Shown here: positions 1 to 12,670 of the stretch, piece after piece | Position numbering within the stretch: the first letter of the stretch is position 1 | Layout: each line of letters starts with the position of its first letter | DNA from: Haliotis rubra | Lineage: Eukaryota | Direction of reading: 5' to 3' | NCBI RefSeq assembly: GCF_003918875.1 | Contig: NW_025765170.1 | Span: forward strand, 930,001-994,000 | DNA length: 64,000 nucleotides | Notes under the pieces: model-generated | What the model was told of the DNA's origin: nothing | What the model saw: only the letters and a program-made list of their open reading frames with translations | Database searches by the model: none | Translations under genes and position numbers: made by a program

Positions 1-95
1 GTTGTCTGGTCCAGGTCCGATTACTAGTATTTACAGACCGCCGCCATATAGCAGGAATATTGCTGAGTGCGGCGAAAAACTCAACTCACTCACTC
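1..95 (+). mobile_element. SINE-like family B, 3' part, truncated by the window edge
   Basis: ttgtctggtccag...acagaccgccgccatatagcaggaatattgctgagtgcggcg followed by an (actc)n tail; same body as about 20 other copies in the window. Confidence 0.85.
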
Positions 96-139
96 CTTAC
101 CCGTCCCAGGATCAGCTAGACATGGGTTCGAATCCGAGC

Positions 140-950
140 ATTCCTGTGTTCATACGATTCTCCAAAGTGGTAAACAAGTACATCCTGAACAATGTCACTT
201 TGTTTTTTCTAACAATGCACATTCTATGATATTTTCCCCCATACTGTTCAAAGCGGTCTTAAACCCGTCTCACCTTGTAAAAGCATATGCAACAGACAAA
301 TCTAGCAACGTGTGTGTTCACCTATTCTGATACCAACACAAAATCTCGGCCAGTTATGGAGTAGTGACACTGGGCGAATTCACAATATACTAAGTTACGG
401 CAGATCGCACATACCTGACAACATAACAACCATTTCGAAGAATAGTTCTTTTCTGTTCAACAGTAATTTGGTAAAACTTTGGTTTGAGGACAAAGGCAAT
501 GCCACAAGAAATCGTTTTAATTCTAAACAGAGAATGGCGACTGTCGACATACGATTCTTGAAAGTGGTAAACATCTACACCCTGAACAATGTCATTTTGT
601 TTTTCTAACATTACGAGTTCTACGATTATAATACGATCTGGAATAGTTGTATGATCCCCAGGGAGTTGAGATTGATAATACGACGTGCCGTTGAGATTGA
701 CATCCAGTGATCGAGGGAAAAAACAATCAAAGCGCCTTTGAGCAACTGAGCTGGATATCGGCGCTATACAAATGTTGGTATGTATGTAATAGTGACACTG
801 TGTGCATACGTCCGATCTAACATGGCTGACAACAGGACAACCATTTTGAAGACTAGTTCTTTTCTGTTTTTGGTAAAACGTTGTCATAAGGACAAAAGCA
901 ATGCTATAAGAAATCATTTTAACTCTAAAATCAGAATGACGACATTTTCT
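140..950. repeat. Degenerate ~410-bp tandem duplication (about 2 units)
   Basis: catacgattct..aaagtggtaaac..cctgaacaatgtca..ttgt..ttctaaca at ~150 and ~548; ctgacaac..acaaccatt..gaag..tagttcttttctgtt..ggtaaaac..ggacaaa..gcaatgc at ~415 and ~825. Confidence 0.8.
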
Positions 951-1714
951 GAAAAGTCATGAGACTGTCACGTGAACGAAATTGTAGCAAGAAATGTACC
1001 CTTCACCTAACGCAATGGAAAGCTTTTGACATTGAACACCGTTTTGAAAACGTTAACACTATAACTATAACATATGTATATATATCCCTTTTCACAAAAA
1101 TGAGATGCAACAATTTAAGTGTGGATCTTCCCTCTCATGATCAACTTCTTAGAGTATCTCCTGTACGTCATTTATACATCTACCAATATTCGGAAGCCGT
1201 TAAATGTGAGCTGTTAATGCCCTTGGTCAGAGTAAGTCGTGAAGTGATATTCTATAACGCAGGACATTAAGTTCATAACTTTAAATATTGACTCCTTGTC
1301 AACAGGCCCGGTTTATCAGATTTATCGTGTCCAGACTAAAACATTTATTTCCTGATCTGGTGTACGGGACGTTTGTGAGATGTTACTGCGTTTATCAACA
1401 TTTTATACGACCTTAAAACCGTTCACTTGGCTCACTCCAAACAGTCCAAATATTGGTCCAGACTTCTCAATTAGAACCCTATTTAGCAACTGTGCTAAAA
1501 GAGCTTATAAGAGATACATCTTGGATGGAGCGCTACCCACGTGGAGTATAAGTGTCGCTTTTGCCAGTGTTGAAGGAATTGGGTTGAGATAATATCAAAT
1601 GGAAATGGGAAATAATAGAAAGCCTTCTAGAGGTTCAAGTCAACAAAGCGTTTCTGATACGAATCTTCAGCATGAAATGTTTCCAATGTCAACGTGTTTG
1701 TTGCTTTGCTTGTT

Positions 1715-1940
1715 TGTTGGTTGTTTAACGCCTTACTTAGCAATATTCCAGCTAGTTTGCACCTGCTGTGAATAACCGAGTCTGGACCAGCCAATCCAGT
1801 GATCAACAACGTGAGCATCAATCTACGCAATCGGCATACGATGACATATGTCAACCTAGTCAGCGAGCCTGAGAACCCGATCCCGTTAGTGGCCTCTTAC
1901 GAGAAGACAAGACAAATTCAAACGCGCGGATTCACGGGTC
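1715..1940 (-). mobile_element. SINE-like family B, diverged full-length copy
   Basis: Reverse complement of the family B body, ending at ttcacgggt (head). Confidence 0.8.
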
Positions 1941-2127
1941 CGTTTGTAACTAGTCATAACTGGTGGACGATATTGGTAGATAGATATCCCCGAAGCAAAT
2001 AAAGGTGTTTGCTAAAATGTGAAGGTATTACTAATCCTAAGGAAGGACCATCTGCCTGTCCTAGACAACTCATTGAAGTCCCGTAACCATTAATGTGTTT
2101 GTATGAAAACTCAGACTTTGTTACGTG

Positions 2128-2273
2128 CAGTAAAGTACAGTTATACTACAAACGGGACCACTAATGTTAATTAATTGTAACCGACTAAAATATAAATCAA
2201 GTGCCTGGGACAAAAAGAAGAGTTTGTTGTATCTGTCATTTCGTTATAAACGTGTTCATTATGAAGTTTACTG
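2128..2273. mobile_element. Decayed Tc1/pogo-type MITE (tentative)
   Basis: cagtaaa... left end and ...ttcgttataaacgtgttcattatgaagtttactg right end, i.e. CAGT...ACTG termini with a TTATAA-type subterminal motif. Confidence 0.4.
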
Positions 2274-3386
2274 TTTGTTAATATAGCAACTCAGGTTTGT
2301 CTTAAGGATACAGACACTATGTAAGTTTTTACATGTGGCTCCTCGCTTCTGACTGGGTTCTCCTGTATTATGTGGCAGTGTAATAAAGTTGTATGCAGTG
2401 TCGTGGTATTACATAGCTTCTGTTGAGGCTTAAATTTGGTAACAACTTCTCTACATTCATCCATTCAACACAATAAGTAAATCTTTTTTGCAAATGTCCA
2501 TATCAGCCTAATACGCTACAATATTCCTTTAACGACAAACAAGTGAACGATATTTGATTCAGATATAAGAGTGCGGGTATATGTACTCGTTTCAATCATA
2601 TTAAGTGCAGGTTTTAAACACCTAAGGTCACAAGAGGTCATCTTGACAACAAGCTCTGACACTTAAGTGAGCCATGGAAATACTGAATAGGTCAACATGT
2701 GTACGTCCATCTAGGTTATCTCCTGAAAATAGGTCACAATAAATCGATTTATATGTTTACTTGTCTGAGATGTGTCTAATGCATCTGAAACGACAAGGCC
2801 ACACGATGTCTAATTAAACTTTATGCTTGCTGCACCAAATGGGATTACGGGTACCTATATAACTGAACCTTGTCAGGGGATTAATTTGCAGACTGAAATA
2901 CGTGAAACTCTTTGTTACATTTGGACCTTTTACAAAGACTGGCGATAATGTCCTGCTGGTATGTATGGACTGGAAAGACAGTCATGTAATGTACGATACG
3001 CCATCCCCAGACACTGGTTGAACGCTTTTGATAGTGTATCGATCGTTTTGACTACAGACAAATCTCTCCTAATGAGTCCTTGTATTGTTGCCCCATTAGT
3101 GGTTGAGGACGAACAGACTCAAACACGAGAATAGACTGAAGTGTACAAGTATTTTCACCACCTTCGCATTCATATTGCTTTGGCCATACGGACAATCAAA
3201 CAATGAAGACGTCGTTTAGGTCCTTTTCACTGGTCCAATTAATAATGCTGCATATTTCATTTTCCTTGCATTAATCCATCTCGGCTTGACTGTTGGAAAG
3301 ACATGTACTACATCTCAGCTTGACTCTTGGACATTTACTGCTTAAATGAAATTCAAGAACATCCGAGTCTTTCATACCACTACAAA

Positions 3387-3572
3387 CCCGTGACGATCCG
3401 GGTTAGAATGGGTCTTCAGTGGTCCATACTTGTAAGACGTGACTAACGTGAACGTGTCATTATATCCAAAATTGCGTAGATTGATGCTCATGATGTTGAT
3501 CACTGGATTGTCTGGTCCAGACTCGATTATAGCTGTCATATTGCTGAGTACAGGGTTAAACAACAAACCAAC
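3387..3572 (+). mobile_element. SINE-like family B copy
   Basis: Starts cccgtgacgatccgggttagaatgggtcttcag; body and tail present; imperfect TSD tcatac(c/a)ac(t/a)aca. Confidence 0.8.
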
Positions 3573-3699
3573 GAAACACAAATCATACAACAACAGCTAA
3601 TCTGTGATAACGGACTCGGGTGCTGTTTAACTTCTGTTGAATTGTGTTTTTGTAAACAGCAAATTGTTGTGTATTCATTGATATAATATTCTATTTGTG

Positions 3700-3990
3700 T
3701 GATAAGTTTAAATCGATATTTTATTGAAGTGGCATGTTATTCAACACAAGTAAAATAACACATTTGCCGGAACCACTTTCCAGCTGCCAAAATGGCATGA
3801 TGGTTGATTGAGAAAGCTGTTGATTATCACAATGAAAATATACATTTAGATGGAATATTTGTCTTTCATGTTTATCTCATCTCGTGACCTGACAAATATG
3901 ATATTTTTGCTCGAGGCCTCGCCACTTATGAAAAAATTGACTTTGTCATGTCACGAGATGAGACAACCATGCTATCTGACCAGAAATACT
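3700..3990. repeat. Dispersed element with internal palindrome (Crypton-like non-autonomous, tentative)
   Basis: tctcatctcgtgacctgacaaa ... tttgtcatgtcacgagatgaga inverted pair around ctcgaggcctcgccact. Confidence 0.4.
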
Positions 3991-4804
3991 AAACATGCAT
4001 ATGTCATCATCATCTGTTAACATGAAGTTAACGGTTATCTAAATGTAAAACAGAGACCATTTATCAGTTTTACGTATGGTTCACTGGAACTAAGCAATGA
4101 TGAACATTATATTTACATGTTCAGAACAGTTTACAGTAATATACTAGACTGATAATCTGCTATTGCCGCATAAACATGAGAACAGTTAATTACTCACTGG
4201 CAAACATATACCTCTGATGTGAACTACCTTGTGTTTCTGTTAACTGGTTATTGGAGGCGAAGTGAAGAGATTGTATGACGTGTAAATTTATTATAAATTT
4301 ATCATCGTCAATATCTATATTGCTTTTTCATATTCGTTGATAAAGTTAAAAATCGTACTGAATATGTGAATCTTGTATACTTTTAAACATAAAACCATAC
4401 ACATAAATTCTGACGGAATTTGTTCATTGTTAAATTGGTGAAAAACACCAGAATGTATATGAAATATGATATTCAAAGTCTGCTTTTGTTAGTTAAACAA
4501 ATGGAATATTTTTAGGTTAGGATTAAAAGACTTGCAGTTTTTCAGTCCCTTTTACAATCACTTTTAGAACGACCTGTACGTTCTGTGAACACCTTGATTT
4601 AAAACCTCAGGACAAATAACGCTATTCAGCTTTTCCATGACCAGAAAATATGGTCCATTCCCCTTAATGCATCGTGATACACTAGACTTGAGTCCTAATG
4701 CATCTGCGTCTCTGTAGCCCTGTTGTGATCATACACTATTAAAGCAGCAGCATGTATGCAGTTCCAAATCAGGGTTGAAGCCGTGTTTTGAAATTGTCTT
4801 TGAT

Positions 4805-4973
4805 GAGAGCGAGTAAGTTTAGTTTTACGCCGCTTTTAGAAATATTCCAGCAATATCGTGACAGTGGACACCAAAAATGGGCTTCACACATTGTATCCAT
4901 GTGGGGAATCGAACCCAGGTCTTCGGCGCGAGGCGAGCGAAAGCTTTAACCACTGGGCTACCCCATCGCCCCT
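4805..4973 (-). mobile_element. tRNA-derived SINE family A
   Basis: Reverse complement has A-box tagcccagtgg, B-box ggttcgattcc and the shared tail; TSD tctttgat at 4797-4804 and 4974-4981. Confidence 0.9.
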
Positions 4974-5231
4974 TCTTTGATCAGATGACCCACGTATCCT
5001 CTCCAAGGGTTCAGTCAGATATGTTGATATCTGTTAGTAAAATGAAACATGTTTATTGATTGTTATGACAATGTAAAATATCAGTCATATATCACGACAA
5101 GTAAAAATTATGTTTTCATAATACCAGTTTCTTTGTCTTTTCGTTTATATAAATTCACGTTTTATTTCATATTGAATTTGCTAGGCTTTCACATATGTCT
5201 CTCTATGCTCACGTAGGGCACAGAGGCTAGG

Positions 5232-5391
5232 AGTGAGTGAGTGAGTGTGTTTAGTTTTACGCCGCTTTTAGCAATATCTCGGCGGGGGACACCAAAAATG
5301 TGCTTCAAACATTGTGCCCATGTGGGGAATCGAACCCGGGTCTTCGGCGTGACGAGCGAACACCTTAACCACTAGGCTATCCCACCGCCCC
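5232..5391 (-). mobile_element. tRNA-derived SINE family A
   Basis: Near-consensus copy inserted into another dispersed repeat (see 26300-26500). Confidence 0.9.
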
Positions 5392-5734
5392 GGAATAGAT
5401 AGGAGGGGAATGCAAGATGTATGTTTACATCTGTCAGTAGAACACATTTAGGGTAGCCCATTTGTCCTTGAATCATTGGTCTTCACCCAAATGACATTTT
5501 TCAGTTTAATAAGTACTTATAATTAACATTTGTAAAAAGTACAAAAGTCTGATGCTGCATATTGACAATTCCGCCATGTATTCTAACAATAATCAGGACA
5601 TTGTCTGTTGTTACTGTCCAATGTTCGTTTTGGCACACATGAAACTATCGAATGTCAAGGTGAAGGTCATCTGTTCTCTTGTATCCTGTATGGCTCCCAT
5701 GAGAGTCCAGAACTGCCTGTCATCGTCGCCCCAT

Positions 5735-6215
5735 AGAACCAATCACATTACGGCTTGTGGCCTGGGGAATGTTCACCCAGTCTTCCTGTAGTGCCTGTGT
5801 CAACTGTTGGAGGACCGTAGCTGACGTGAACGTAGACGTTGATCAAGGGCATCCCATAAATATTCGGTGGAGTTTAGATCTGGAGACCTTTGGGGCATGA
5901 CAGTATTTGGATGTTGTGGTTCCTAAAAAAAGTGGGCAGTATTGTCGTGAGAGGTCGGGCGTTGTTGTGTTGAAAAAAGGCGTTTGCTATTTGCATAATG
6001 GGAAGGCCTAAGGATTGTGTAACGTTGTGCCGTTAAATTACCCTGGACGTGTACCAAGTTTGTTCTACTGGTTCTACCACATCTTTACACTCCCGACACC
6101 AAACACGTATGCAGTTCCAAGCATAACGTTCAACGCGACATCCGTTAACACGACGTCCTGAGTTGGTACGGAGAGGCAAAACGTGACTCGTCACTTATCC
6201 AAACACGTCTACATC
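5735..6215 (-). pseudogene. Tc1-family (DD34E) transposase relic
   Basis: Frameshifted minus-strand translation gives SDESRF, FQHNNARP, SPDLNSTEYLWDALDQRLR and LTQALQEDWVNIPQ, matching the Tc1 catalytic motifs SDES / QHDNARPH / SPDLNPIEHLW. Confidence 0.85.
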
Positions 6216-6269
6216 GCTGCATCGTAGTCAGAATGACGCCTCGAGCTGGTCGCCTCGGAAGAATTTAGT

Positions 6270-6480
6270 TGTTGGTTTGTTGTTTAACGCCGCACTCAGC
6301 AATATTCCAGCTATATGGCGGCGGTCAGGAAATAATCGAGTTTGGACCAGACCATCCAGTGATCAACAGTACGAGCATCGATACAATGACATGTGTCAAC
6401 CAAGTCAGCGAGCCTGACCACCCGATACCGTTAGTTGCCTCTTACGACAAGCATGGGTTACTGAAGGATCTTTACGGGTC
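6270..6480 (-). mobile_element. SINE-like family B copy
   Basis: Reverse complement of the family B consensus; explains ORF 6269-6583. Confidence 0.85.
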
Positions 6481-7509
6481 CTATGACGAATACCTGCGGT
6501 GCGTCTATATATATATAATTTATTATGCTTTGCCAATTGTTTCGCTAAATTTATATAAGAACATCATTCTTCAATATGAATAATAATTCCGCAGTGGACG
6601 ACTACTTTTGGCAGATGTAACCCACAATTAAAATACAAATACATTGCCATTAAGATTACTGCCAAGTATGTGAGTAGTTTGAATAATAAGACGATATAAC
6701 TGATTCTAAGTATAGCAGAAGCGGTGGGTAGTTTAGATGTTAAAGCATTCGCTCGTCACAACTATGTTCCGGGTTTAATTTTCCACATGGTTACATTATG
6801 AAAAGTACCCCATTATTGTTGAAAGTGGCATAAACCAATACCACCCACTTATTGTTATATTATTTGCAGACCGCAGAGTACAACAAATCCTTGTCACATA
6901 ACTAGAGGGAAGACCATATCGTCCAAAAAAATTGCTTAAAACCATTTCATTAATGTCGAGAGAGACATGTACAAAACATTCTTGTTACTCTCAGACTTTC
7001 AAATTGACAGCCATGATATCAGTCAAAAACGACTGGGCCTCAAGACAGTAATTTCCATCTTCCCTATGCCGGCTTACATTCGGTGCGCTAAATTGGATTG
7101 ATGGTACGTACATATCCCTGCCATGCTATTCCATTAATATTTGGGCACTGAAGTTTGGCGTGATGTCTTCTTTCACATAGATGTGAATGTCCTGCTGGTA
7201 TCTGTCTGGGAAAAGATACTTGTAATGTGAGATACGACACTTCCAGACCTGTGATGACCTATTTTTGTGCCCACAATACAGTTATTTTGCTGGGGCGTAC
7301 GGGTTATTACTGGTTGGGTCAACGTGTTTATGGGAAATACTGTAGTCGGTTATTTATCCAAAGTAATCCATCTTCATCATCATTTTATCAAGTTACGTTT
7401 CCATCGAGTTAAGTGAAATATTTAAAATATGAAATATGTATATGTTTTACGCACATACTTGCATGATGCAATGGTCTCTTTACCGTTATCGTGATGTTTT
7501 TTATTGTTA

Positions 7510-7850
7510 CTTGCTCAGCAATTTCCCAGCTATATGACAGCAGCCTGTAAATAATTCTGGAACAGGCAATCCAGTGAGCATCGATCAACACCACTGGGAC
7601 ACCATGATATGTGTCTTGATCACCTGTGAACATCTGGGTTAGAATTGGTCTACAGCAAACCCATGCTTGTCGTAAGAGGCGACTAACGGGAATACTCCAG
7701 TCTGGACCACACAATCCAGTGATCAACAGCATAAGCATTGACCTACGCAATTGGGATGCGATGTGTCAATCAAGTCAGCGAGCCTGACTACCATGTCGCC
7801 TCTTTCGACAAGCCTGGGTTGCTGGAGATGAAGTCAAACCCGTATCTTCC
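7510..7850. mobile_element. Cluster of family B fragments in both orientations
   Basis: Minus-strand 3' fragment 7510-7620, plus-strand head 7622-7690, minus-strand body 7697-7850. Confidence 0.75.
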
Positions 7851-8499
7851 CGTACCAATAACTATATGTAGGGATGTGTCTTTTATAACTGTAAATCACA
7901 TCGAAAGACAACGTCAAATGTTTTGACGTCGATTGCACTCGAGGATTTCTTGTTCATGCAACCACAGTTTTATTGGATCCTATAAAATATCCTTATCTTC
8001 TGAGGAAATAAATTAGAAAAAAATAAGATTCATACATTGTCTGATGTTGTAAAAGATGAATTGAACAATTTCAGTTTGTGTGCCTTTAGTGGAATATGGA
8101 CCTTCACAGAATGACAACCAAATTGTATGAACATGGGGGATTTTGATCCAAGACTAAAACTGAGCACATATACTGTTTACACTCACTGCCACACAACAAC
8201 CAGCTACATCGCGGAAGAAAATAGTTCATCAACATGAGAGATGACATGAACATATATATGCTCAAATTGTCTTACAATCAAATATTTGGTCCAAATAGAT
8301 GGAAACAATATCGCCTTTAGATGAGAAATGTCTGTTAACAAGTAACTCTCAGTCAGTCACAATGCCAGTGAGTCTTTGTTCACTAAACGTTAAGAACAAG
8401 GGCGTCAAAATGTCAGGCATTGCCACTGACAAAGCCATTGATCAACTGAAGAAGCAGTCGGTTATAAAACAGACCTGGGAAAGACCATTCCATATCCGA

Positions 8500-8900
8500 G
8501 GAAGAATTTGTGGAGTTCCTGCTGGGTGCGAGGATTCGGATGACGTCGTAAACGTCTCTCCATTTCGTCCGAGAAGTGTGACTGGATCTTGCGGTAACAC
8601 GCGAACATTGTTCTGATGAAGCAACTGCTGTATAACTCGAACAACTTTATCCTGTTGAATCGTCACTCCATGGCCGTTCTGTTGCAAAACAATTAATGCT
8701 GCCATTTGCAAAATCTCCCCTCGGTGCCTCCATAATTCATGTTCCCCTCCATTGCAGACATTGGCGTCCTGCTGCTGCTGTTATCCCACCCGAGATCATA
8801 ACGCCACCACATCCAAAACGGGATCGAGCTCACCTGTGACCGGGTGTAAAAACTTTGTGTGCAGATTCTTTCAGTGTTTGCACAACCCCTAGTGTACAGT
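8500..8900 (-). pseudogene. Second Tc1-family transposase relic
   Basis: Minus-strand frames give RFGCGGVMISGGIT, RTPMSAMEGNMN, TIQQDK..LHQNNVRVLP and EMERRLRRHPNPRTQQEL, matching Tc1 GGGSVMVWGGI..RTPL..GNLN..FQQDNA..RRLR. Confidence 0.75.
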
Positions 8901-9009
8901 ACACAAACCTGTGCACTTAAAAGAACCCACGAATCCGTTGGTAAATAACCAGATGGTGGCCACATGAATACGTGCAAATACCTAGTTGCGGGTAAAGCAA
9001 CGTGCAGTA

Positions 9010-9115
9010 AACTTGGACACAGTACTGTGACTATGTATCCCAGACCACCCAGGTGTGCATGGGTACCTCGTTAGGATGGGAAAGCAACATTAACACGGTG
9101 CACTTAGTGGCTGCA
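9010..9115 (+). mobile_element. CORE/Deu-type SINE central-domain fragment
   Basis: ccacccaggtgtgcatgggtacc resembles the conserved SINE core motif CCACCCAGGTGTAAATGGGTACC. Confidence 0.45.
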
Positions 9116-9452
9116 ATTTTCACAAAAGTGTTTGTTTCTTATTGCAGATGAAATAGTTGCCTAAGTACTTACTTCTTTTATGCTTTCATACTCCCATATT
9201 TGATGGTGATTGTTTGGATACGGGTATCACAGTGTTTTGGGCCTTCAGTCTGCAGTGTTTTCGTCCTAAACAATAGGAACGGTGTGAACTGATCGGGTTG
9301 TCAAATTCGTTGACTTTGCTGACTTAGGTGTTGATCTTGTGGGACTTTTTGAAAAACTCATATTGCTTCAGAAAAATCATTAAAAACTCTCGTGCTTCAG
9401 ACTGACGAAGGAAACGTTTTTGTCTGGACTAAAAAGAAACGAAAAAATGTTA

Positions 9453-9895
9453 AACAGAGAGGTACTACTATACAGAACATCCTAAGAGCCAATGGCAGAC
9501 CAACCCCCACAACTAAAGAAGACCCTTCAGGCACAGTTTACCACATAAAGTGTGACTGTGGAGACTCGTACATCGGTGAAACCTCAAGACCCCTCCCTGT
9601 AAGAATCAAAGAACATCAATCCTCTGTAAAGAAGAAAGACTCCAAATCCGCCATCTCTGACCACACCCAAGCTCACCCAGACCACAACATCCTATGGAAC
9701 AGCATCAATAGACTCACCAGTAATCACACCCACTACAAGATCAGAAAGCTACTAGAATCCATTCACATCAAGAGACTCCAACCGGCCATGAACAGAGACC
9801 AAGGATTTTACATCCCCACTGCCTACAACTCATCACCAAGCAATCTTAATCCCATTATTCTCCTGTCTGTCATATCACTGGCTTCCTCCCAATAA
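9453..9895 (+). pseudogene. Penelope-type GIY-YIG endonuclease C-terminus (RT domain missing)
   Basis: GTVYHIKCDCGDSYIGETSRPLPVRIKEH...SAISDH...H..ILW...RKLLESIHIK...MNRDQG: GIY/YIG motifs, CCHH zinc motif, catalytic R, E and N; the ORF-track start at 9392 lies outside the TSD. Confidence 0.9.
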
Positions 9896-10031
9896 TCCCC
9901 CATAGCTTACTCTGTTTGTGTAACAATTGCCTTCTTGTGTAAACATCCTCCAACCTTGTTCAACTGTTCAACTTTACTGTTCAACTTTACTATGTATATA
10001 TACACCTTGCCTCTGGTATTGTACATCAGTT

Positions 10032-10068
10032 GCTTGATAACGTGGTAGTAGCTACACCGAAACGTCGC
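10032..10068 (+). ncRNA. Minimal type I hammerhead ribozyme, U3-A8 variant
   Basis: gc-TTGATAA-c-gt(g)gtag tag ctac ac-c-GAAA-cg-TC-gc: variant core, stem II, palindromic ACGT stem III, GUC site (predicted cleavage after 10066); located in the PLE pLTR. Confidence 0.7.
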
Positions 10069-10916
10069 TCATATTATATTAAAGAAGTTGTATATCCTCT
10101 CCTCGTTGTTCATCACACCAACTTCTAATGCCACTCAAACAAGAAAAAATGTTAGGCAGATTCTTGGAAAACAAAGGAAAACATCTGGTTTCGCAGGCAA
10201 AAATCCCAACCTCAGATTAAAATGGTCGTGCCTTATTGACTTTGATACCTCATGAATTTGATTTAAACTGAACTCCTGTCACTCATGTTTAATATTAAAT
10301 CCATTTTACTGTTACCTAGGGCAACTGCAGGCAATGTTTAAGCTTTGGTAAAATATGAGTCTTTAAGGATCTACACAGTGGTAGATCTGGTTGTGGTATG
10401 TACCAGAAGACGATGACAGGCGGAGACAGTTAAATTCAGTGACATTAGACCACCACTATGTTTGAAAGTCAGCTAATTTGGGAGGTTTCGAGAGGTCAGG
10501 ATATATACGCCGTTTTGGAATATCCCCTAAAAAGGCTTTGACAAAAAACACTTCCCGTTTTGACATTTGACTTGTTGTCTGAGCCATGGATAATGCTTCC
10601 AAAAAGACAGGGAATATGATAGGCAGTTCCGTGTTGTCTGGAGCATTGAGCTTGCTGATAGAATTAGTACATAATAGGATTAAAGAGACCGAAGTACGTC
10701 TTGCCATAGTATTAATGTGGAGATAAAAATTCCTGTTACATTGTGACTTTGACACAGACAAGCGTTAACGTTACGATGATACTTGTGTGAATATAAGGCA
10801 ACCGTTTCATGCGAAATACACTAGCTCCCTACATTAGCTGAGGACAGGGAGCCAGTACGGAGATGATGAAGCATCAGATATTAGACCATCCTCCAGGGAA
10901 TGCAAGAACCCGATAA

Positions 10917-11065
10917 GTGAGTCAGTGAGTGCGGTTTTACGCCGTGTTTAGCAATATTCTACCAATATTACGACGAAGGACACCAGAAATGGACTCCAGA
11001 CATTGTACCCATGTGAGGAATCGATTCCTGACGAGTTGACGAGCGACGAGGCCACCCAACTGCCA
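10917..11065 (-). mobile_element. SINE family A, diverged
   Basis: ttttacgccgtgtttagcaatattc..acaccagaaatgg..acattgtacccatgtg. Confidence 0.8.
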
Positions 11066-11989
11066 ACGAGGAATCAAACTGAACAGATACAGGGCTTGTG
11101 TTTATGCATGTAACTGTGATCACGATTTAACTGTACTTTTGAGTGGGCATCTTGCAATTGCCTCCTATGTTACATTTACGGTTCAGTAAATGTCGACTGT
11201 TAAAGGTCTCCGTGGAGTTGCCTTGGACTCTTAAAGACACGTGCCAGTTTGGTCTTTCATTATTGAGGCTGTACGACAACTTTTCGATTATCCTTACAAC
11301 ATTTGTAATTATCACAATTGTCATATATGTTGGTGACTATCTAGTTCCGTGTAAAATGTCCATTGATCATATTTACATTTAAATTCTTTTTTGTTGGTAA
11401 ACAAATGAAAAAAGGATATTATTAATCAGATTCCGTGTCCAATCAGTGGAAATATGATATGTTTGAATGTTGTCACCTTGACAACTCTCCACTATTGCAA
11501 TGCTTCCTCGGATAAACAAAATATTCCTTGAATGATAGAACTGCATGTGGTCTGTGAGCAAAACTTCTAGAACAAATTTACCAATCAGATTGGAACAGAA
11601 GATAAGAAAGGTGTATCGTTCCTGGGATTATTATGACGCCTACAGTGCCAGGGACGTATTCTGAGCGAATAAAGGAGCATGACTAAGTGAAAAGTTCAAA
11701 TTAAGGCCACAATTCGAAAAGTGGAAAAACGTGTGTCGTGTCCCACTAAACATACACTAAATTTCAAGAGACTTTTAACTAAACGAGCGTACAGAGTATT
11801 TTGTGGACTAACATCATGTCTCTGAAAAGAACATATTTTACCGAAAAAAATGTTTCGCATATTCTTAAAAAAAATATAATAAGACGGAGCCAAGAGACTT
11901 GCCACATATTTTACATTCGCATGAATTGTACATGATATATTTGTCACGGAGTCGGTCTGACTCGGACTAGATTGTATGTTTGGTTTGTT

Positions 11990-12190
11990 GTCAGCACTAT
12001 TCCAGCTATATGGCGGCTGTCTGCAATAAACCAGATAATCCAGTGATCAACGACACGAGCATCGATCTATGCAGCTGGGATACGTTGACGTTTGCCAATC
12101 AGGTTAGCGAGCCTGACTATCCGATCCCGTTCGTAGCCTCTTACGACAAGCATTACTGAAGACCAAATCTCACCCAGATCTTCACTGGGT
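11990..12190 (-). mobile_element. SINE-like family B copy
   Basis: Reverse complement of the body and head (gatcttcactgggt). Confidence 0.8.
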
Positions 12191-12606
12191 CTGACAGACT
12201 AGTATTGCAATGGGAGATCGTTTTGTCATTAGCAACGAGAAACATTTAGCAAGAAATTGTTTGACTGACGTTCTGGAAGTTGTTGCGAGAATAACGAAGC
12301 ATAAGACTCTGTGGATGAATATTTCTTGTGGATCCCTACACCTTTATCAAGCTAAAGTACTTGTTATCTTTAAGGTCGTATGCCTCGTTATTTACAAGTA
12401 AGTTAATTTCAAACAAGGTAGGGTTCTTGTTCAAACTATTTACAGATAACAGACGAAACAGTTCTCACACATTACGCTGAAACAAGATCAATTTACATAC
12501 TTATTATACGTTATATAATGTAACGTATTATCTGTAGAAAAAGACCACAAGAACTAATTTAATATGTTTTTGAATGTATCCTGTCTCATTTAAAGGAAAG
12601 GTCAAG

Positions 12607-12670
12607 GGCCCTGTCTCACAAAGCGATCTTAGCGTTACGACTGTCTATGATCGCTTTGTGAAACGCGGCC
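12607..12670. mobile_element. 64-bp palindromic mini-MITE (Harbinger-like)
   Basis: ggccctgtctcacaaagcgatc / gatcgctttgtgaaacgcggcc inverted arms; 3-bp flanking repeat aag. Confidence 0.55.

Larger units (their letters stand above)
9453..10142 (+). mobile_element. 5'-truncated Penelope-like retroelement (GIY-YIG endonuclease end plus pLTR)
   Basis: Encodes a GIY-YIG domain; TATA-like tatatata ~9995, hammerhead ~10032-10068, attaaa ~10078; flanked by 12-bp direct repeat gaaaaaatgtta (9441-9452 and 10143-10154). Confidence 0.9.

Noticed and set aside
9397-9426. Second hammerhead-like core ctgacga-ag-gaaacgtt
   Set aside because: No stem II, stem I is out of register, and it lies outside the PLE TSD
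8477-10236. Possible TIR pair gggaaagaccatt..atccgagg / cctcagattaaaatggtcgtgcc
   Set aside because: Several mismatches, no TSD, and the left site abuts a Tc1 relic
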